From: Narcine bancroftii
Lineage: Eukaryota
Direction: 5' to 3'
Assembly: GCF_036971445.1 (NCBI RefSeq)
Contig: NC_091478.1
Location: 95,728,001 to 95,792,000 of the forward strand
DNA: 64,000 bases
Within the stretch, counting starts at the first letter, position 1. Each line of letters opens with the position of its first letter. This document shows positions 62,301-64,000 of the stretch, piece after piece. The notes below the pieces were generated by a model, which was not told where the DNA came from, searched no databases, and saw nothing but the letters and a program-made list of their open reading frames with translations. The translations under genes were made by a program, and so were the position numbers.

Positions 62301-63991
62301 GATCTTGCCGTCTGATATAGGAGGTGGGCTAGCCTTGCCTGGGGGAGATTGAGAGTGTGACTGGATGTGGATGATCCACAGTGCAGCCTGACTGTGCCCT
62401 TCTATTCCACAGGCTTGTCAAGTACATGTACTGTTATCATTCACGTGGATGAATTGAATGACCACGCCCCTGAGTTCACCCAGGAACAGGTACAGGTTTT
62501 TCTAAACCCATTGGTCAAGAATGAATCTCTGAACCTCAGAATCAACTTGCTCTGCATTGTTCCCTCACACTCTCTCAGAACAGAGACCACACGGGTTAGA
62601 TACAGAGTGAAGCTCCTTCATATTATCCCATCACACGTTCCCAAGGTTAAACATAGAATGAAACCACCTTCATACTGAGTGGTCACATAGTCCCAGGGTT
62701 AGACTGACCTGTCATACATTCCTAGGGTTAGGCACCTATACTGTTCCATCACACATTTCCAGAGTTAGACGCATATGAAGCTCCCCCTATCCTGTCCTAT
62801 CATACAAAATCCAGGGTTAAGCATCATGAATCTCCCCTATAGTGTTCCATCGCACACTCCAGCTTCTCAATAGAGCTAATGTATCACAACCCAGGAAACA
62901 CTTTGCCAAATCTCTCCTGAACCATCTCCAGAGCCTTTGCATCTTTCCTGGTGTGTTGACCAGACACAATTGTCCAGCTGTAGGCAGTGGAGCACATCAG
63001 AAGTAAGAGACAGTGTTGAGCATCTGGCTTCGCAATTTAGTGAGACCATGGTTGATCTGGCCATTGACTCAGCTCCACTTAACCCCTTCCTCCCCATAAC
63101 CATTAATTCCCCTGTTCTTCAAACATCAAACTATCTGTGTCTTAAGTATATTTAATAAGGCAGTCTCTTTTGCTTCCTTGGACAAAGAATTTCACAGATT
63201 CACCACTCTCTGGAAGAAGCAGTTCCTGCAGAACCTTGAGCCTTTATCCCCTAGTTCTTGTCTCATTTGCCAGTGGAAGCAAATTCCCTGCTTCTATCTT
63301 ATCTCTTCCTTTCAACAATCTTATATGTTTCCATAACGTCCCTCCTCACCTACAAGTAGATTTAATGGTTTATTTGCTGCACTGTATCCAAGGGTTTTTC
63401 TGCGAGCTGTCTAATGGGTCATCTCCCATAGTTGAGTGAAGTAGATGAGCGCACTATACAGAGTATAGAGTTACAATAAAACTAGATCAATTCGTTCCAA
63501 GCAAAGCAGTGTTAGAGCATTGTTGTGAGGTTCATTCAGGAGCCTGATGGCTGCAGGAAGAAAACTGATCCAGGAGCAGTGAAACTAAAAGAACAATGTT
63601 ACTGATTCTGCTGGGGTGGGAGTAGAGATTCGAGGTTGTGGAGTAGAGATGGGAAGGTCACGGATCTGCCAGATTCTCACTCCAGTGCTACCTTGAATGA
63701 AGCTGGTGTGGAGACCGTTGTAATCTAATTGGCTGGAGTTCAGACCCAGGAGTCTGTTGCTTACTTTTCATTGGTTTTTCCTCCCTTGCTGTTCTTCAGT
63801 ATGGTCCAATCAGTGTACCTGAGGATGCTGTCGTTGGACATGTCATCACCTCCATCAATGCCAGTGATGCTGATTTGTACATGTCCAACAGCTGGCTTGT
63901 GACCTATTTGTTCCAGTCTGGGAACGAGGACCAAACATTTGGAATTATCCAGGATGAATGGAATAACACAGGGAAGCTCACCCTGCGTAAG
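32092..63991 (+). CDS. CDH16: Cadherin-16 (Ksp-cadherin, 7D cadherin); first 11 coding exons, 516 codons, 3' part outside the window
   Basis: Eleven GT-AG exons join in frame (1548 nt): signal peptide with no prodomain, SVLVPENYDGQFPWFLTK (human CDH16 reads SVEVPENYGGNFPLYLTK from memory), DMNDNAPEF, EC2 ending VTENVW as in 7D cadherins, VQW, DENDNEP. Lies directly downstream of RRAD as in mammals, favouring CDH16 over CDH17. Confidence 0.9.
32845..33284. mobile_element. Harbinger-like non-autonomous DNA element inserted in a short retroelement terminus
   Basis: Imperfect TIRs GGGCCTTTCAAACTAC / GCAGTTTAAAAGAGGTC. The host (gctggaaacactcagc..agcatctg) resumes after 33284 with ..aatgtttcagg..cttcatcag. 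Confidence 0.45.
33470..34000 (-). mobile_element. Penelope-like fragment with its terminal repeat
   Basis: FIGETGSRLGDHFVEHLHSIC (ORF 33792-34049) plus the acacaaaagtgctggaggagctcagc terminus. Confidence 0.7.
35743..36095. mobile_element. hAT/Charlie-like MITE with composite TIR structure
   Basis: Perfect 32-bp inverted repeat GTGGTTCTCAACCTTTTTCTTTCCACTCACAT (35745-35776 / 36064-36095), plus internal TIR copies at ~35841-35874 and ~35985-36020. Confidence 0.8.
36330..37430 (+). mobile_element. CR1-type LINE 3' region interrupted by a hAT-like element (~36480-36807)
   Basis: WAKEWRMDFSSDKCEMWHFGKS..QRN| insert with CAGGG..CCCTG ends |RDPGVQ..GVQRRFT..GDLIE. Confidence 0.7.
37430..38130 (-). 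mobile_element. CR1-type LINE fragment, tail-to-tail with the preceding copy
   Basis: ORF 37624-37824: QERFMRMLPGQEDLRYKERLG..RLRGDLMEVYKI. Confidence 0.75.
38612..38710 (+). CDS. CDH16: CDH16 coding exon 2 (99 nt)
   Basis: gaacag| VAFLLTALSVLSAAKSVLVPENYDGQFPWFLTK |gtgaga. Confidence 0.88.
40356..40493 (+). CDS. CDH16: CDH16 coding exon 3 (138 nt)
   Basis: atttcag| IEANATGEFGFRLVDDYNGTFGIESQMFLFSLRSFDREEQDTYELK |gtacgt. Confidence 0.88.
41940..42175. repeat. Degenerate ~15-bp tandem repeat (AACCTTGGCCYAGTC-like)
   Basis: Recurring cttggcc/cttggctc cores with ~15-16 nt spacing. Confidence 0.6.
42543..42681 (+). CDS. CDH16: CDH16 coding exon 4 (139 nt)
   Basis: ttgcag| INVEDPEGRQVDGPLSVTLIVTDMNDNAPEFEQDPFSGTVYKGAHA(G) |gtaatt. 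Confidence 0.92.
43953..44106. other. Assembly gap (154 N)
   Basis: Run of n. Confidence 0.99.
46147..46302 (+). CDS. CDH16: CDH16 coding exon 5 (156 nt)
   Basis: ctgtag| YRILKLAAIDLDDPLTPNAKLFYQIISQHPEQPSDMFQVNELTGDITLTAE |gtaagg. Confidence 0.92.
46560..46710. repeat. Degenerate ~29-bp tandem repeat (ACCATTGGCCAATCCCTAATRCTCTAA)
   Basis: About 5 units visible. Confidence 0.55.
50020..52260 (-). mobile_element. Two adjacent Rex1/Babar-clade LINE copies (~50020-50830, ~50850-52260)
   Basis: EIENLVGWCQNNNFALITTKTMELIVNFRRG (50560-50751); second copy has KFADNTMVV..REIEHLAEW and ..DTAQDITGKTLP. Confidence 0.8.
50973..51211 (+). mobile_element. Solo LTR (239 bp)
   Basis: TGTGAT...ATCACA inverted ends, internal AATAAA, 5-bp TSD CACAT/TACAT. 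An uninterrupted copy of the host sequence is at ~46830-46850. Confidence 0.8.
52379..52575 (+). CDS. CDH16: CDH16 coding exon 6 (197 nt)
   Basis: ttccag| SAALDVHAADQYKLVVQVKDMGELNQGNYVKAHVIITVTENVWVSLSPVLVHENQEGPYPLLLSK |gtaagg. Confidence 0.92.
53590..54270. repeat. 14-bp tandem repeat (GAGATCTGGTCTGA) interrupted by a CR1 3' end at ~53893-54133
   Basis: Units on both sides of an insert reading FRRNIRGYLFTQQVVAEWNGLP and ending catggttatatggttatatg. Confidence 0.8.
54954..55149. other. Assembly gap (196 N)
   Basis: Run of n. Confidence 0.99.
55647..55778 (+). CDS. CDH16: CDH16 coding exon 7 (132 nt)
   Basis: gcacag| VQWNSPEVRYKLQTSSHFHEGLFTIDKEGQIQLMEPLDYEYGSE |gtaagc. Confidence 0.9.
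57078..57228 (+). CDS. CDH16: CDH16 coding exon 8 (151 nt)
   Basis: catacag| YYLEISALDYNGDPYAEPLELIVRVVDENDNEPRCSPELYLTMVQEHEQK(G) |gttaaa (weak donor). Confidence 0.88.
57650..59309 (+). mobile_element. CR1-type LINE retaining 5' UTR and ORF1 (SGNH esterase), joined to an internally deleted ORF2
   Basis: ORF 58231-58566: VVIRDSI..CCLPGARFQDI..VVVHIVTNDMG (GDS/GxND esterase blocks); later HHGFVRVRLCLTNLTEF and YMDFSKAFDKVPH. Confidence 0.85.
59310..59592 (-). mobile_element. Solo LTR-like element (283 bp)
   Basis: TGTGGTG...CACCACA inverted ends; AATAAA on the - strand; no TSD visible. Confidence 0.65.
59593..60200 (-). mobile_element. Penelope-like GIY-YIG fragment
   Basis: Minus strand reads IRCS.CGLLYIRETECRLGDHFVEHLRS and KLEEQHF. 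Confidence 0.75.
60579..60803 (+). CDS. CDH16: CDH16 coding exon 9 (225 nt)
   Basis: tttccag| SCIVELRAEDRDDPLTENGHLFFRLHRQEP...YQLFVHVADLGGAEG |gtaggt. Confidence 0.9.
61540..62860. repeat. Degenerate ~50-bp satellite-like repeat in two blocks (~61540-61900, ~62530-62860) flanking CDH16 exon 10
   Basis: Recurring AGAGTRAAGCTCC..TACTGTCCCATCACAC..CCCAGGG units. Confidence 0.7.
62413..62489 (+). CDS. CDH16: CDH16 coding exon 10 (77 nt)
   Basis: ccacag| LSSTCTVIIHVDELNDHAPEFTQEQ |gtacag. Confidence 0.9.
63800..63991 (+). CDS. CDH16: CDH16 coding exon 11 (192 nt)
   Basis: cttcag| YGPISVPEDAVVGHVITSINASDADLYMSNSWLVTYLFQSGNEDQTFGIIQDEWNNTGKLTLRK |gtaggc. Confidence 0.9.
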
Positions 63992-64000
63992 GTAGGCTCA

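Noticed and set aside
32092-63991. Assignment as CDH17 or a classical cadherin
   Set aside because: No prodomain or furin site, a CDH16-like N-terminus (VPENY..FP..LTK) and position next to RRAD all favour CDH16.

Overview
Eukaryotic (vertebrate) genomic DNA, not prokaryotic. The repeat landscape (CR1, Rex1/Babar, L1, Penelope, tRNA-SINEs) suggests a cartilaginous fish, probably a ray or skate; this is inference. Three spliced genes can be rebuilt by hand with phase-consistent splice sites. (1) CIAO2B/FAM96B on the - strand: coding exons 1-3, running off the left edge; intron 1 is a minor-spliceosome AT-AC intron. (2) RRAD on the + strand: complete, 296 aa RGK GTPase. (3) CDH16/Ksp-cadherin on the + strand: 11 coding exons, 516 codons, running off the right edge. 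The rest is mostly decayed, often nested transposons, minisatellites and two assembly gaps, and almost all six-frame ORFs are spurious. I see no convincing wholly new biological system. The best leads are a non-consensus U12 donor next to a G-run minisatellite, a 19-bp-period NF-kB-site array at the RRAD promoter, an interleaved double inverted repeat downstream of RRAD, a hairpin repeat sitting on a CDH16 splice donor, and a locally templated insertion in a solo LTR. Repeat boundaries are approximate unless TSDs or TIRs are quoted.
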